Shown: positions 8,810 through 19,125, counted from the stretch's first letter. The stretch: 64,000 nt of DNA from Phycisphaerae bacterium (GCA_049977145.1 JBMFGW010000002.1:7451-71450), one strand, 5' to 3'. The notes: generated by a model not told the origin, from the sequence alone. Numbers and translations: made by a program.

Positions 8810-10423
8810 TTACTTTCCAACTGCCGGCTGCGTCGTTGCAGGCCGGGTCAGGGGAGCTTTTACAACTTTTGCCGGCGGGCGCTTCGGCACCGTGCGATAT
8901 TCTTTGGGCCACCAGCCACCGCCCATGGCAACAAATAATGCCGCAGTATCCTGATAGCGCTGGGATTTGGCGGTTACCACCGCCAGACTGGACCGTTGAT
9001 ACTGTACTTGCGCCGTCAAGAGGGTGGTATAATCGACAGCACCCGCCTTGTATTCCCAGCGTGCCAGCTTATAGGCGTTTACTGCCGCCAAATAAGCCCG
9101 CTGGTCATATTGGAGTGTTTGCGCATCATGCTGCACCGCACGCAGAGCGTTGGCGACTTGCGCAAAATCATTGAGTATCGTTCCTTGATAGTCCGCCACC
9201 ACCGCCTGCAGTGCTGCTTCCGCCGCCCGTTTGTTGGCCCGCAGGCTGCCACCGTCAAAAATCGTCTGCGTCAAACTACCGGCCACCGACCAAATCAGAC
9301 TGGACGCATCAAAGAAGTTCGCCAAACGTCCGTTTTCAAATCCCAGATCGCCCGTAATTTGAATCAATGGATACATTTTCGCTATCGCCTCGCCCACCTG
9401 CGCATTGCCAGCCCGCAGTTGCGCCTCGGCGGACAAAATATCCGGCCGCTGGTGCACCAGCGAAGAAGGTAACGTCACGGGCAATGTAACCGGCAGTTTC
9501 AGCTGATTCAAGTTGAGATTGGGAATCCTCGCCTGCGACGGAATCCGCCCCAGCAATACCGCCAAGGCGTGCCGTGCCGCGGCAAGCGACTGTTCCAACG
9601 GCGGTAATGTCGCCTGCGTGGCGGCCACCTGACTTTCCTGATTTACCACGTCCAGATAGGTCACAGCCCCCAAACGATACTGCTGTTTGACAATCTTCAG
9701 AATGTTCATTTCTCCGCCGATCAACGTGCGTGTGGTTTTTACCTGCGCGTTCAGCGATGCGACCTCTATGGCCGTGGTGACGGTGTTGCCCTCCAACGTC
9801 AGATACGCTTCCTGCAGGGCATAACGTTGTTGATCTTCCTGGGCTTTAAAGGAATGGGTGACCAGACGGTTAAGCCCGAATATGTCCGGGTCGTAACTGA
9901 CCTGAACATCACCGGTGTAAAGTGAAAAGGTACGGGTTGGGCCGCCGAAACCAGCGCCGCTTTGCCGCTCCCTTTGCGCGGCGGTGGAAAGTCCAATTTG
10001 CGGGAAGAATATACCTTCCACCGATTTTAGATTTTCATGAGCCTCCCGCAGCACCGCTTCCGACGCCGTAAGGGTTGGACTATTTTTAATAGCCCGCAGC
10101 ACCAACGCATCGACGGCCTTGGAGTTGTATAACTTCCACCACCTTGCTTCCACTTTGGCCCCATACGCAAAGGCCTGGGCCGTACCGGCGGCGCCAACGC
10201 CGGAAATCGCCTTGATTTTTTTGGGCCGTGCACCGACCGTGTAGGATTTTACCACCGGTTCTTTTGGCACTTTTAGCGCGGGTTCAAAAGAACACCCCGC
10301 CGCTATAAGCAAAGCTAGAGCGAATACCGCAGCATACCATGGACGACCAAGAGGAGGCGTTTTATTGATACGGGTGGAAAACAGCTTTAACCCCTTGCAC
10401 GGATAGCCAAAAACATATCCCAA
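8810..10423 (-). CDS. Efflux outer-membrane factor lipoprotein (NodT/OprM family)
   Basis: Carries the lipobox LLIAAGCSF and two TolC-like repeats. It is the first gene of the OMF-MFP-RND operon on the minus strand. The start is uncertain. Confidence 0.9.
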   Translation of the reverse strand: MGYVFGYPCKGLKLFSTRINKTPPLGRPWYAAVFALALLIAAGCSFEPALKVPKEPVVKSYTVGARPKKIKAISGVGAAGTAQAFAYGAKVEARWWKLYNSKAVDALVLRAIKNSPTLTASEAVLREAHENLKSVEGIFFPQIGLSTAAQRERQSGAGFGGPTRTFSLYTGDVQVSYDPDIFGLNRLVTHSFKAQEDQQRYALQEAYLTLEGNTVTTAIEVASLNAQVKTTRTLIGGEMNILKIVKQQYRLGAVTYLDVVNQESQVAATQATLPPLEQSLAAARHALAVLLGRIPSQARIPNLNLNQLKLPVTLPVTLPSSLVHQRPDILSAEAQLRAGNAQVGEAIAKMYPLIQITGDLGFENGRLANFFDASSLIWSVAGSLTQTIFDGGSLRANKRAAEAALQAVVADYQGTILNDFAQVANALRAVQHDAQTLQYDQRAYLAAVNAYKLARWEYKAGAVDYTTLLTAQVQYQRSSLAVVTAKSQRYQDTAALFVAMGGGWWPKEYRTVPKRPPAKVVKAPLTRPATTQPAVGK

Positions 10424-10482
10424 TTCCCGGCTCTTCCGGGTGATTATTTTCAGGAAGTATAGTATTAAACGTCCGGCAGGTC

Positions 10483-10507
10483 AAATTGTCATTTGAAATT
10501 GTCATTT
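10483..10507. repeat. Tandem direct repeat 2 x AAATTGTCATTT (13-nt period) in a divergent promoter region
   Basis: Read directly: 10483-10494 and 10496-10507 are identical. Confidence 0.9.
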
Positions 10508-10550
10508 TGATGGTGATCATATTTTTTCTTCGGGCGATCATACAGATGTA

Positions 10551-10568
10551 TGCCGATAATGCCGATAA
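10551..10568. repeat. Tandem direct repeat 2 x TGCCGATAA
   Basis: Read directly: 10551-10559 and 10560-10568 are identical. The nearby pair GYGATCATA at 10513-10521 and 10534-10542 (21-nt spacing) contains the TGATCA palindrome. Confidence 0.9.
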
Positions 10569-10744
10569 TGAGACTATTGATGGTAGCCGAACGCCGCCAT
10601 CGCCGAATGAAAACGCAGGCGGGTAACGAATCCGTCTATGGAGACCGGGGTGGCCGATTGTGTGTCAAGGTGCAGTTGTTTTTATGAGACGCCGGCGGCG
10701 GAGGAATACTTTTGTACGCCGAGGGGAATGAGGTTTTATTTACA

Positions 10745-13700
10745 ATGAGTGACCCGTTAACAGCCTTTATGAACAGGCTGAAACACCCCACAAAATTTGC
10801 ACTGGTAGGCTTGGCAATTCTGCTGGCCGTCACCATCCCCCTGTATCAACTTTTTGCCGCGCAGAGCGACAAAATCAGCGTGCTGCGTGCCGAGCTGCGG
10901 TGGACCCGTTATAGCCAATACCTGCCGACACTGATGCTGCTGCTACAGGCCCACGAACAAGCGGTTCTCGCCACCGATAACGGCGAATTCATCCCCGCCA
11001 CGAATGCCATGACAACCGTCGGCCAAATTAACTATCTACTGGCCAAAGTTAAACGTGATAACCACAGCCGCGCCCGGTCGCTGCACGTGCAAGGCTTGTG
11101 GTCCACTGTCATTAAAAATTGGAATCAATTACAAACCACCGAGACCGCCGCGGCACCGCAAGCTTTATCCGCCCAATACCGCCATGAATTGGGACAAATA
11201 TGGAATATTATGCTGCTTGCATCAGATTATGCGAAACTGCGGCGCAATGATGATCCGGCCAGCATCGGGATGATAGCGGCTATGCGTACCGAGATACCCC
11301 GTACCATAGCACTGCTTAATACCTTGCGGGTTATCCTGTTGACTAGACCACATACGGCCGCCCAATCCGCGCAGCAATCATCCCGAATCCGCCAACTCGC
11401 GAACCGCCTTTACTGGGACAACATGACCAACATCGAGCATGATTTACGTTGGTCTGTCCAGTCGAATCCGCGGGTTTTTAAGCTTATGAACAGCCCGCTT
11501 TCCCAACTGCGGACGCAAAGTGCCAGCCTTTTGAAATTAGCTGCGGCGTCTGGTAATTTCGATGTAAATACCCGCAGTTTGCTGCTTTTGACCATTGATA
11601 AAATGACGGCCAATATTTCACTGATTTCCCGGCTCTCCATATATTGGCTACAGAAGATACTTACGGCACAGCTATCCAATATGCGCTTTTGGATGGTTAT
11701 CAGCAGGACCTTAACGGTCTTAATAACCGCAATTATAGCATTCCTTTTTATCTCCATGTACCGCTCCCTCATCGGCGCCATCGTGGAACGCACCACCGCC
11801 GAAGGACATATTCGTCAGGTCCGTGATCTGTATGAGGCGTTAAGTCAGACCAACAGGCTTATCGCCCACCGCTGCGGGCAGGAGGAGCTATTTGCGGAAG
11901 TTTGCCGAATTATCGTCCAACTGGGCCATTTTGATCTGGCGGCCATCGTGCTGCTCGATTCCGCCAGCGGGCGAATCCGACCCGCCGCCAGTGCCGGTCC
12001 GGCGGTGATCACTTACCTTAGCCGGATACAATTCGACGAAGATCGTGCCATACCGGCCGATTGCCAGCCGGTGGCGGCCTGTATGGCGTCCGCACAACCC
12101 ACAATTATTAATCGGATGAATTTTCTATCGCCATCGCGGAACTGGGAAATTGAAGCAATCCACGCCGGCCTGCAGTCCGCCTCCGCTTTTCCGCTGCGCC
12201 GCAACAATACCGTCACGGGCGCTCTGGTAATTTACAGCGTGTGTGAAAATCGCTTCGACGCACAGTTTACCAAATTACTTACTGAGATTTCCAACAGCGT
12301 CTCGTTCGCCATGGAGGATATCGCCCGCGACAATTTCCGCACCGCCGCCGAGCAAGCGCTCCGCGATTCTGAACAGCGCTACCACATCGTGATGGAAGGG
12401 GCCGGCGACGCCATTATCCTGACCGACGGCGATGGTCGGATTGTGGAAGCCAATCGCCGTGCCATGGAGCAGTTGGGGTACACCCGCGAAGAACTTATGC
12501 AGTTGCCAGCCACGGCGTTATTTCCAAAAAATCAGCGGGTCGACGCGATGGCACGTTATGTGAAGATTCTGGTTACCGGGCGCACGGTCGATTCCAGTTT
12601 CAGCGTCGTGCGTAAAGACCAGCACACCGTACCCATAGAGGCGGTAGAATCGCGGGTGGACCTGCAGGGGCGACATTTCGTTTTGAGCATCTTTCATGAT
12701 GTCAGCGAGCGGCAGGAAGCCGAAGAGCACATTCGTTATCTGGCCTTCCATGACGCGCTGACCGGACTACCCAATCGGACGTTGCTCATCGACCGCATTG
12801 AACAGGCCGTTCGCGAGGCGCAGCGCCGCGCCAGCCTGGTGGGCATCCTGTTCCTGGATCTTGATAATTTCAAAATGGTCAACGATACCTTAGGCCATGA
12901 TTGCGGCGATGAACTTTTGCAAGCCGCGGCCATACGTATCCGCAATACGTTACGCACGGAAGATACCTTGGCGCGGCTGGGCGGCGACGAATTCATCGTC
13001 TTGATTCCGGATCCGAAATTACCGGAGGATGTGGCGGTGGTTTCCCGGAAAATCATCGAATCCATGAATGTACCATTTGTTATCTCCGGTGAAAAATTTC
13101 ATATCACCTGCAGCATCGGTATGAGTATTTTCCCCCGGGATGGGCTAGACAGCGGCGCGCTATTGCGCACTGCGGATGAAGCTCTGTATAATGTGAAAAA
13201 AGATGGCCGCAATCGCGCCACGTTCCATACTCCCGAGATGCATGAGGCGGCCTTGGATTCCATTCGCATGGAAAACGATCTGCGCGAAGCCATCCGTCTG
13301 GAACAGTTTGTGCTGCACTATCAGCCGGTCGTCAATCTTCAGACCGGGCAAATTATGGGGGCGGAAGCGTTAATCCGCTGGCAACATCCGGAACGCGGGC
13401 TTATTTCCCCCTTGCGTTTTATTCCACTGGCGGAGGAAAAGGGACTGATTCTGGCGCTTGGCGAATGGGTGCTGCGCACCGCCTGTATGCAGAACCGCCG
13501 CTGGCAGCTCGCCGGGCTGCCCGTGGTTCCTATTGCGGTAAATCTGTCCGCGCTGCAATGCCGCGAACCGGCGTTGGAACAGACCATTCGTACGGTCCTG
13601 GCGGATAGCGGTTTAGCGCCTTCCCTGTTGGAACTGGAAATAACCGAAGGCACGCTCATGCAGCAAACCGAAACGCTGCGTAATCGTATGCTGGAAATTA

Positions 13701-14074
13701 AAAAACTCGGAATACGTTTCTCGCTGGATGATTTTGGCACCGGGTATTCCAGTTTGAGTTATCTAACCCAGTTTCCCATCGACACACTGAAAATTGATCG
13801 CTCCTTCGTCCGCGACATGATGGATGACCCCAAAGACCTGGCGGTGGTGGATACCATCGTGGATTTAGCCGACAATCTGCAGTTGCGCACCGTAGCCGAG
13901 GGCGTGGAAAAAATGGAACAAGTCACGCTATTAAAACTGCTGGGCTGTCATTCCATGCAAGGTTACCATTTCAGCCCGCCAGTACCTGCCGAACAATTTG
14001 CCGCGTTCCTCGCCACTGATCAACGGCTGGAAAACATAAAGCCCGCCGCCGCCCCCGCGGTTTCGGGTTCGTGA
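10745..14074 (+). CDS. Membrane-bound c-di-GMP signalling protein: periplasmic helical sensor, TM, GAF, PAS, GGDEF, EAL
   Basis: The GGDEF motif is intact (RLGGDEFIVL). EAL signatures are intact (EALIRW, DDFGTGYSSL, KIDRSF, EGVE). A PAS-like block (RYHIVMEGAGDAIILTDGDGRIVEAN) and a GAF-like block precede them. The ATG at 10745 is preferred over the TTG at 10712. Confidence 0.9.
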   Translation: MSDPLTAFMNRLKHPTKFALVGLAILLAVTIPLYQLFAAQSDKISVLRAELRWTRYSQYLPTLMLLLQAHEQAVLATDNGEFIPATNAMTTVGQINYLLAKVKRDNHSRARSLHVQGLWSTVIKNWNQLQTTETAAAPQALSAQYRHELGQIWNIMLLASDYAKLRRNDDPASIGMIAAMRTEIPRTIALLNTLRVILLTRPHTAAQSAQQSSRIRQLANRLYWDNMTNIEHDLRWSVQSNPRVFKLMNSPLSQLRTQSASLLKLAAASGNFDVNTRSLLLLTIDKMTANISLISRLSIYWLQKILTAQLSNMRFWMVISRTLTVLITAIIAFLFISMYRSLIGAIVERTTAEGHIRQVRDLYEALSQTNRLIAHRCGQEELFAEVCRIIVQLGHFDLAAIVLLDSASGRIRPAASAGPAVITYLSRIQFDEDRAIPADCQPVAACMASAQPTIINRMNFLSPSRNWEIEAIHAGLQSASAFPLRRNNTVTGALVIYSVCENRFDAQFTKLLTEISNSVSFAMEDIARDNFRTAAEQALRDSEQRYHIVMEGAGDAIILTDGDGRIVEANRRAMEQLGYTREELMQLPATALFPKNQRVDAMARYVKILVTGRTVDSSFSVVRKDQHTVPIEAVESRVDLQGRHFVLSIFHDVSERQEAEEHIRYLAFHDALTGLPNRTLLIDRIEQAVREAQRRASLVGILFLDLDNFKMVNDTLGHDCGDELLQAAAIRIRNTLRTEDTLARLGGDEFIVLIPDPKLPEDVAVVSRKIIESMNVPFVISGEKFHITCSIGMSIFPRDGLDSGALLRTADEALYNVKKDGRNRATFHTPEMHEAALDSIRMENDLREAIRLEQFVLHYQPVVNLQTGQIMGAEALIRWQHPERGLISPLRFIPLAEEKGLILALGEWVLRTACMQNRRWQLAGLPVVPIAVNLSALQCREPALEQTIRTVLADSGLAPSLLELEITEGTLMQQTETLRNRMLEIKKLGIRFSLDDFGTGYSSLSYLTQFPIDTLKIDRSFVRDMMDDPKDLAVVDTIVDLADNLQLRTVAEGVEKMEQVTLLKLLGCHSMQGYHFSPPVPAEQFAAFLATDQRLENIKPAAAPAVSGS

Positions 14075-14084
14075 CAATTTGAGC

Positions 14085-15584
14085 TTACCGCCGGATCGAC
14101 TTCCAGAAATCGGTCAACGCCCCGCCGCGAAACCATACCAGTAAAGCAGTGTAAATAAGTATAAATGATAAACTGCCCGCGCCCGCGTTTTCCCAAGCCG
14201 GTATGGCCATATTACCGGCCAGTATACGCACGGCCAGCCACGGCAGCGCCGCCGCAGCAGCCATGGCCGCCGGAATAAGAAATAGCGCCGCCACATCCCG
14301 CCAGGTGCCGCCGCCGTAGCCGATGGCCAGCCGCACCAACAGCGGCGCGGCTGCGGCCCAATACATTGCGACCATGGCCGCCAGCAAGACCGCCCCACCG
14401 CTCCACGCGGCGAAAAAAGCCAGGGGAATAAACAGCAGGGCGCTGCCGGAAGCCCATCCCAACTGAAAGACGAAACGCCCTTGCGCCAGTAATAAATTCA
14501 GCGCCGGCTCCATGAGCAACATAAACGCCGCCCCTAATGCCAAAAATTCCAACGGTAGAATCGCCAGCCGCCATTTGTCACCATAGACCAGCGTCAGCAC
14601 TGGCCCGGCCAACAGCGCTTCCAGCACACATAACGGCATACCCAGCAGCGTCACCAGATTGGCCGCCCGGAGAAAGGCGCGGCTTTGCCGTTGCGTTTCA
14701 TTTTGGATGCTGGTTAAAGCCGGGTACAAGACTCCGGCGGCATTGGTGGAAACAACCTGCGTTACCTGCGTGGATAAATTGGAGGCAAAAAAATAATTTC
14801 CTACCATCGTGATCGGAGCAAAAGCCCGCAGACACACCATTTCCGCAATTCGGTTGATAGTCACACATACCACCGATCCCAGCAATAAGCCGGAGTCGCC
14901 AAACAATTTCGGCCAGCGGTTGAAATGTGGTTCAAATCCAATATGCGTGGGGGCCGCGATCCAGAGCGCTACGGCCCGCAGGGCCCCCACCACCGGTAGT
15001 GGAATGACGAAGCTGTACACGCCCCATCCCGTGGCCGCCAAAACAATACTAAGTACCATAGCGGTGAGATTGTAGCCCAGGCCGATCATCGCCAGTTCTC
15101 GAAATCGCATATCTTTCGTAAGTCGCGCGGTCGGGATCGCAAATAGCGCAGTAATGGCGACGCCGGGGGCAATAATTTCCATAATCGGTATTAACCGTGG
15201 CGCATGAAAAACCATGGCCGCATACGGAGCCGCCAGCAACATCAGCAGACCTGCCGCCAGTCCCAGGGCTATTTCCATCCAAAAGGCCGCAGTGGCCCAG
15301 CGGGCAAAGGTACGTTGTTTTTGCACCAAAATCTGTGGCATGCCGGATTTGCGGAGAATATTGGGAATGGATCCCGCGGCATAAGCCAGACCGACGAGGC
15401 CAAAATCATGCGGGGTCAACAGACGGGCTAGAATAATCTGTCCAACGACGCCAAAACCCTTGGAAGCGAGCGTCTGCAACACCATCCAGACCGCGCTGCC
15501 GACACTGCGCCGTGTAAGGTGTGGCGCAGCGCCGTCGGCGGCGGACGGTTTTGGCGGGCTGTCGTTGGCGTGAAAATCCGTCAC
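14085..15584 (-). CDS. Polysaccharide biosynthesis flippase (MOP/Wzx family)
   Basis: 499 aa with about 12-14 TM helices. The N-terminal block LQTLASKGFGVVGQIILARLLTPHDFGLVGLA is typical of Wzx-like polysaccharide biosynthesis proteins. Confidence 0.75.
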   Translation of the reverse strand: MTDFHANDSPPKPSAADGAAPHLTRRSVGSAVWMVLQTLASKGFGVVGQIILARLLTPHDFGLVGLAYAAGSIPNILRKSGMPQILVQKQRTFARWATAAFWMEIALGLAAGLLMLLAAPYAAMVFHAPRLIPIMEIIAPGVAITALFAIPTARLTKDMRFRELAMIGLGYNLTAMVLSIVLAATGWGVYSFVIPLPVVGALRAVALWIAAPTHIGFEPHFNRWPKLFGDSGLLLGSVVCVTINRIAEMVCLRAFAPITMVGNYFFASNLSTQVTQVVSTNAAGVLYPALTSIQNETQRQSRAFLRAANLVTLLGMPLCVLEALLAGPVLTLVYGDKWRLAILPLEFLALGAAFMLLMEPALNLLLAQGRFVFQLGWASGSALLFIPLAFFAAWSGGAVLLAAMVAMYWAAAAPLLVRLAIGYGGGTWRDVAALFLIPAAMAAAAALPWLAVRILAGNMAIPAWENAGAGSLSFILIYTALLVWFRGGALTDFWKSIRR

Positions 15585-15678
15585 ATCATATCCATTGCAG
15601 AACCGGAACCGGCTACTTTTACCATAATTATATCATATTGACTTTACTCCCCGCCGGGTACGGGGTAAATTCTAAGGG

Positions 15679-16389
15679 ATGAATACCGCGACGGAAGCAG
15701 AGTTGTCTTCTCAAGAGTTCCAGCCACCGGTGTCGACAACAACGCCGGAAGACCTGACCGCAAATTCCGCGGAAGAAAATCCGTCAGGCACGATGGCACC
15801 GGCGTCCGAAGAAGTGGTGTTGGCACCGGTTGACGGACAGGCCGTGGCCAATATCAGCCCAACGGATCAAATGCCGTTGCGGCAGGTGCTTGAGGCGTTG
15901 TTGTTCGCCAGTGATGTGCCATTATCGGCGGCCAAGATCACTGAGACATTGGGGTTGGAGTCAACGCGAACGGTAAAGGCGGCGGTGGCGGAGCTTAATG
16001 AGGGGTATAACCAGCGGGAGGCGCCGTTCCGAATTGAAGAGCGGGCCGGGGGCTATCAGATACTGACTTTGCCGCAGTATGCGGAATATATTCAGCGGCT
16101 CATGCGGAAACGCGATGAGGGCCGACTGACACCGGCGGCCCTGGAAACGCTGGCGATCATTGCGTACAAACAGCCGATTTTGCGGGTGGATGTGGAAGCG
16201 ATCCGCGGCGTGGCCTGTGGGGAAGTGATCCGTACACTGATGGAATACAATCTCGTTAAGATCGTGGGGCGCGCCGAGGAGGTGGGGCGGCCAATGCTAT
16301 ATGGCACCACCAAACACTTTCTTGAAGTTTTTGGTTTAGGCAGCCTTAAAGACCTGCCCAAATCGGATCAATTAAAAGAGCCGGCGTAA
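15679..16389 (+). CDS. scpB: Segregation and condensation protein B
   Basis: LEALLFASDVPLSAAKI, GGYQILT and LETLAIIAYKQPILRVDVEAIRG are ScpB winged-helix signatures. An acidic/Pro-rich N-terminal extension of about 60 aa is present. Confidence 0.85.
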   Translation: MNTATEAELSSQEFQPPVSTTTPEDLTANSAEENPSGTMAPASEEVVLAPVDGQAVANISPTDQMPLRQVLEALLFASDVPLSAAKITETLGLESTRTVKAAVAELNEGYNQREAPFRIEERAGGYQILTLPQYAEYIQRLMRKRDEGRLTPAALETLAIIAYKQPILRVDVEAIRGVACGEVIRTLMEYNLVKIVGRAEEVGRPMLYGTTKHFLEVFGLGSLKDLPKSDQLKEPA

Positions 16390-16493
16390 CACAATGAGGT
16401 AGCGGTATTGGGATGCTGTTTCTGGCGTCTAACTGGGTAGAATCGGGCGTATTACGCGCAGGTAATTGACGCGAATTTGGGATACAAAACTTT

Positions 16494-17846
16494 ATGACGT
16501 CGGATCGCCTTACCGTCATGACGCCCAACCGCACATCGGACAGCGCCGCAACCGGGCCTTCCGGCGCGTCCGCCGCCAGCACGCCACTCCCGCAGGCCCT
16601 TATCTATGCGGTCATTATTCCTGTTTATAACCACGGCAAAACGCTCAGCAAGATTGTTGATGAAGTGTTGACCCGACTTCCGGAGACCATGGTCTTTGTG
16701 ATTAATGACGGCAGCACGGATTCTACGGAAGCGGTGTTGCATGCCCTGGAAACACGGTATGCTTCCGGTCCGCACAGTTTGCTGCACATTGTGCGGCACC
16801 GCCGGAACCGGGGAAAGGGTGCCGCCTTGCTGACCGGTTTTGCCGCCGCCTGGCAGGCCGGTTGCACCCATGCCATCACTATTGATTCTGATGGCCAGCA
16901 TTTGCCAACGGATATTTTTCGGCTCATGCAGATCAGTCATTTATTTCCAGATGACTTGATTATCGGTGATCGACAGATGGATTTTGCGAACGTCCCGGCG
17001 CGCAGTAAGCGGGGGCGCGATATGTCCCGCTTCTGGATGATGCTGCAAACCGGACAGGATGTTCCCGACACCCAGTGCGGGCTGCGAATTTATCCGTTAC
17101 AGCATACACGTACGCTCCGGCATCTATTCCGTCGCTTTGATTTTGAAACCGAAACGCTGGTGCGACACGCCTGGGCTGGTTTACAGATAAGGTCCGCACC
17201 GATCACCTGTATTTATTTTTCCGCCGCAGACCGCATTACCCATTTCCGCCCGGTGTGGGACACCCTCCGCGGCGTGCGACTCAACGTGCTGCTGACAACC
17301 TGGCGAATCATCAATCCATTTCCCTGTCGTAAATGTCACATAGCTTATGAGTACCAAAAGGTGCACTGGCGCGACATCGGCAACTGGTATTTCTGGAAGC
17401 GGCAACTGGGCTTGTCCCATTGCGATGCGCTGGCGCACGCCATGCTGGCCACCGCCATGGGCGTAGGCGTATTAATTGCCGTTCTACCTCTTTATGGTAT
17501 CCAGACCATTCTAGCGCTTTACACCGCCCGACGGTTGCACATTAATATCCCCGTTACGCTGGCGGCCACACAACTTTCCTTGCCACCACTGATGCCGATT
17601 TTAATTTTTATGGATATCGCGACCGGCAATCTGATCCTGCACGGCTCTTTCCCAGCAACGTCGATTGCAGCGTATCGGAGCCTTTCATGGTTTGAAATAT
17701 TCGGAAAATTTCTAGGCCCTTTATTGTTGGGCGGATTGGTTTGTGGATTGGCACTCGGTACCATCGCGGTACTGCTGACCCGCGCTTTTCTGGCAAGCCG
17801 ACATCGACAGGTGTCGGTGCCGATAAACCCGGAAGAGATAAAATAA
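16494..17846 (+). CDS. Family 2 glycosyltransferase fused to a DUF2062-type membrane domain
   Basis: The N-terminal half carries GT2 signatures (VIIPVYNHGKTL, INDGSTD, IDSDGQH). The C-terminal ~170 aa is polytopic membrane sequence (ATQLSLPPLMPILIFMD) resembling DUF2062. Confidence 0.7.
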   Translation: MTSDRLTVMTPNRTSDSAATGPSGASAASTPLPQALIYAVIIPVYNHGKTLSKIVDEVLTRLPETMVFVINDGSTDSTEAVLHALETRYASGPHSLLHIVRHRRNRGKGAALLTGFAAAWQAGCTHAITIDSDGQHLPTDIFRLMQISHLFPDDLIIGDRQMDFANVPARSKRGRDMSRFWMMLQTGQDVPDTQCGLRIYPLQHTRTLRHLFRRFDFETETLVRHAWAGLQIRSAPITCIYFSAADRITHFRPVWDTLRGVRLNVLLTTWRIINPFPCRKCHIAYEYQKVHWRDIGNWYFWKRQLGLSHCDALAHAMLATAMGVGVLIAVLPLYGIQTILALYTARRLHINIPVTLAATQLSLPPLMPILIFMDIATGNLILHGSFPATSIAAYRSLSWFEIFGKFLGPLLLGGLVCGLALGTIAVLLTRAFLASRHRQVSVPINPEEIK

Positions 17847-17867
17847 ATGCAAAAAACGCCACCACCG

Positions 17868-18665
17868 CTAATCGGGAGAAAATTCTTTCTCTCGATTCGC
17901 CAACTGTGATCGTAAACGGGCGATGATACTGGAATGCATCTGACTGACGCGCGATTCGGAAAGTTCCAGCGCCGCGCCAATGTCTTTCATCGTCATATCT
18001 TCGTAGTAATACAAAATAAGAATCATTTTTTCCTGCCGGGATAATCCACGGGTAATGAGGTCCTTGAGGTCGCGTTGATGCAAAATGGCCAATGGCGAAT
18101 CCGCGTTTTTATCCCGCAGGACATCCAGTTCGTGAACTTCCTTATCACTGTCGGATTCAAACCATTTGCGCGACAGGCTTACCTGAGAAACGGCGCTGGA
18201 ATCCTTCAGCATTTTTTCAAGTTCAGCCAGTGCCACCCCGAGGTGCGCGGCAATTTCCTCATGCGTCGGCTCCCGCCCCAATTGCATTTCCAGCTGCCGC
18301 GACGCTTGCGTAACCCTGCTGGTACGGCTACGCACCAGGCGCGGCACCCAATCCATATTCCGCAGTTCATCCAGAATCGCCCCGCGAATGCGGGGCGCAC
18401 AATAAGTCTCAAATTTGACGCCGCGCCCCGGGTCAAAGGATTCGATGGCATCCTTGAGACCAAACGCTCCTGCCTGGATTAAATCATCGAGTTCCACTTC
18501 ATTCGGCAGCTTGGAATAAATGCGTTCCGCGTTGTAACGAACCAATGGAAGATATTCCATCATCAGCAGGTTGCGCAAAACCTCGGTTTTATCAGCTTGG
18601 AATGTTTTCCAGACATCGTTAATGTCCTGCTCAACAGATGCGGTAGTGGTACGAGTTTTTGCCAT
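17868..18665 (-). CDS. fliA: RNA polymerase sigma factor, FliA/WhiG (sigma-28) family
   Basis: Region 2 (YLPLVRYNAERIYSKLPNEVELDDLIQAGAFGLKDAIESFDP...FETYCAPRIRGAILDELR) and region 4 (LSRQEKMILILYYYEDMTMKDIGAALELSESRVSQMH) are both recognisable. The ATG at 18665 is preceded by AAGGAG, and the longer track ORF is rejected. Confidence 0.85.
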   Translation of the reverse strand: MAKTRTTTASVEQDINDVWKTFQADKTEVLRNLLMMEYLPLVRYNAERIYSKLPNEVELDDLIQAGAFGLKDAIESFDPGRGVKFETYCAPRIRGAILDELRNMDWVPRLVRSRTSRVTQASRQLEMQLGREPTHEEIAAHLGVALAELEKMLKDSSAVSQVSLSRKWFESDSDKEVHELDVLRDKNADSPLAILHQRDLKDLITRGLSRQEKMILILYYYEDMTMKDIGAALELSESRVSQMHSSIIARLRSQLANREKEFSPD

Positions 18666-19125
18666 GGGTCGCTCCTTGACCAGACCGACACCGATTCGGA
18701 TGAATACTCCAGCATCCGGACGGTGCAAAACAACAGCGAACTTCGTGCCCGCTGCAACAACGCAATACATTCAGATTGCAGAGATGAAAACGTAAAAAAA
18801 CATGCAGCCGACAGAAAGTCGGATGGTTGAACACAAGGCTTTAAATTACGGAGCGAACCAGACATATCGAATCCATTCCTTACAGCGGGCGTCCTTCCCG
18901 GCTGACATTCAGATTACCACCCGAACAACTCAGCCGCCACAATGTCGAATCGCCTACGCACTCAAGTACCGCACAGCCGGAACTTCACGCATGCCGCCTC
19001 GTAAAACAACAAACCTCGGGACAACATGCTTGTACCATGCATTCTAGGCTGTCCTATAATATAACGTGGCATTTTTGAAAAGCAAGTGAGTTTTTGGGAA
19101 GTTATTACAGGCTCGTTCCCAATGT

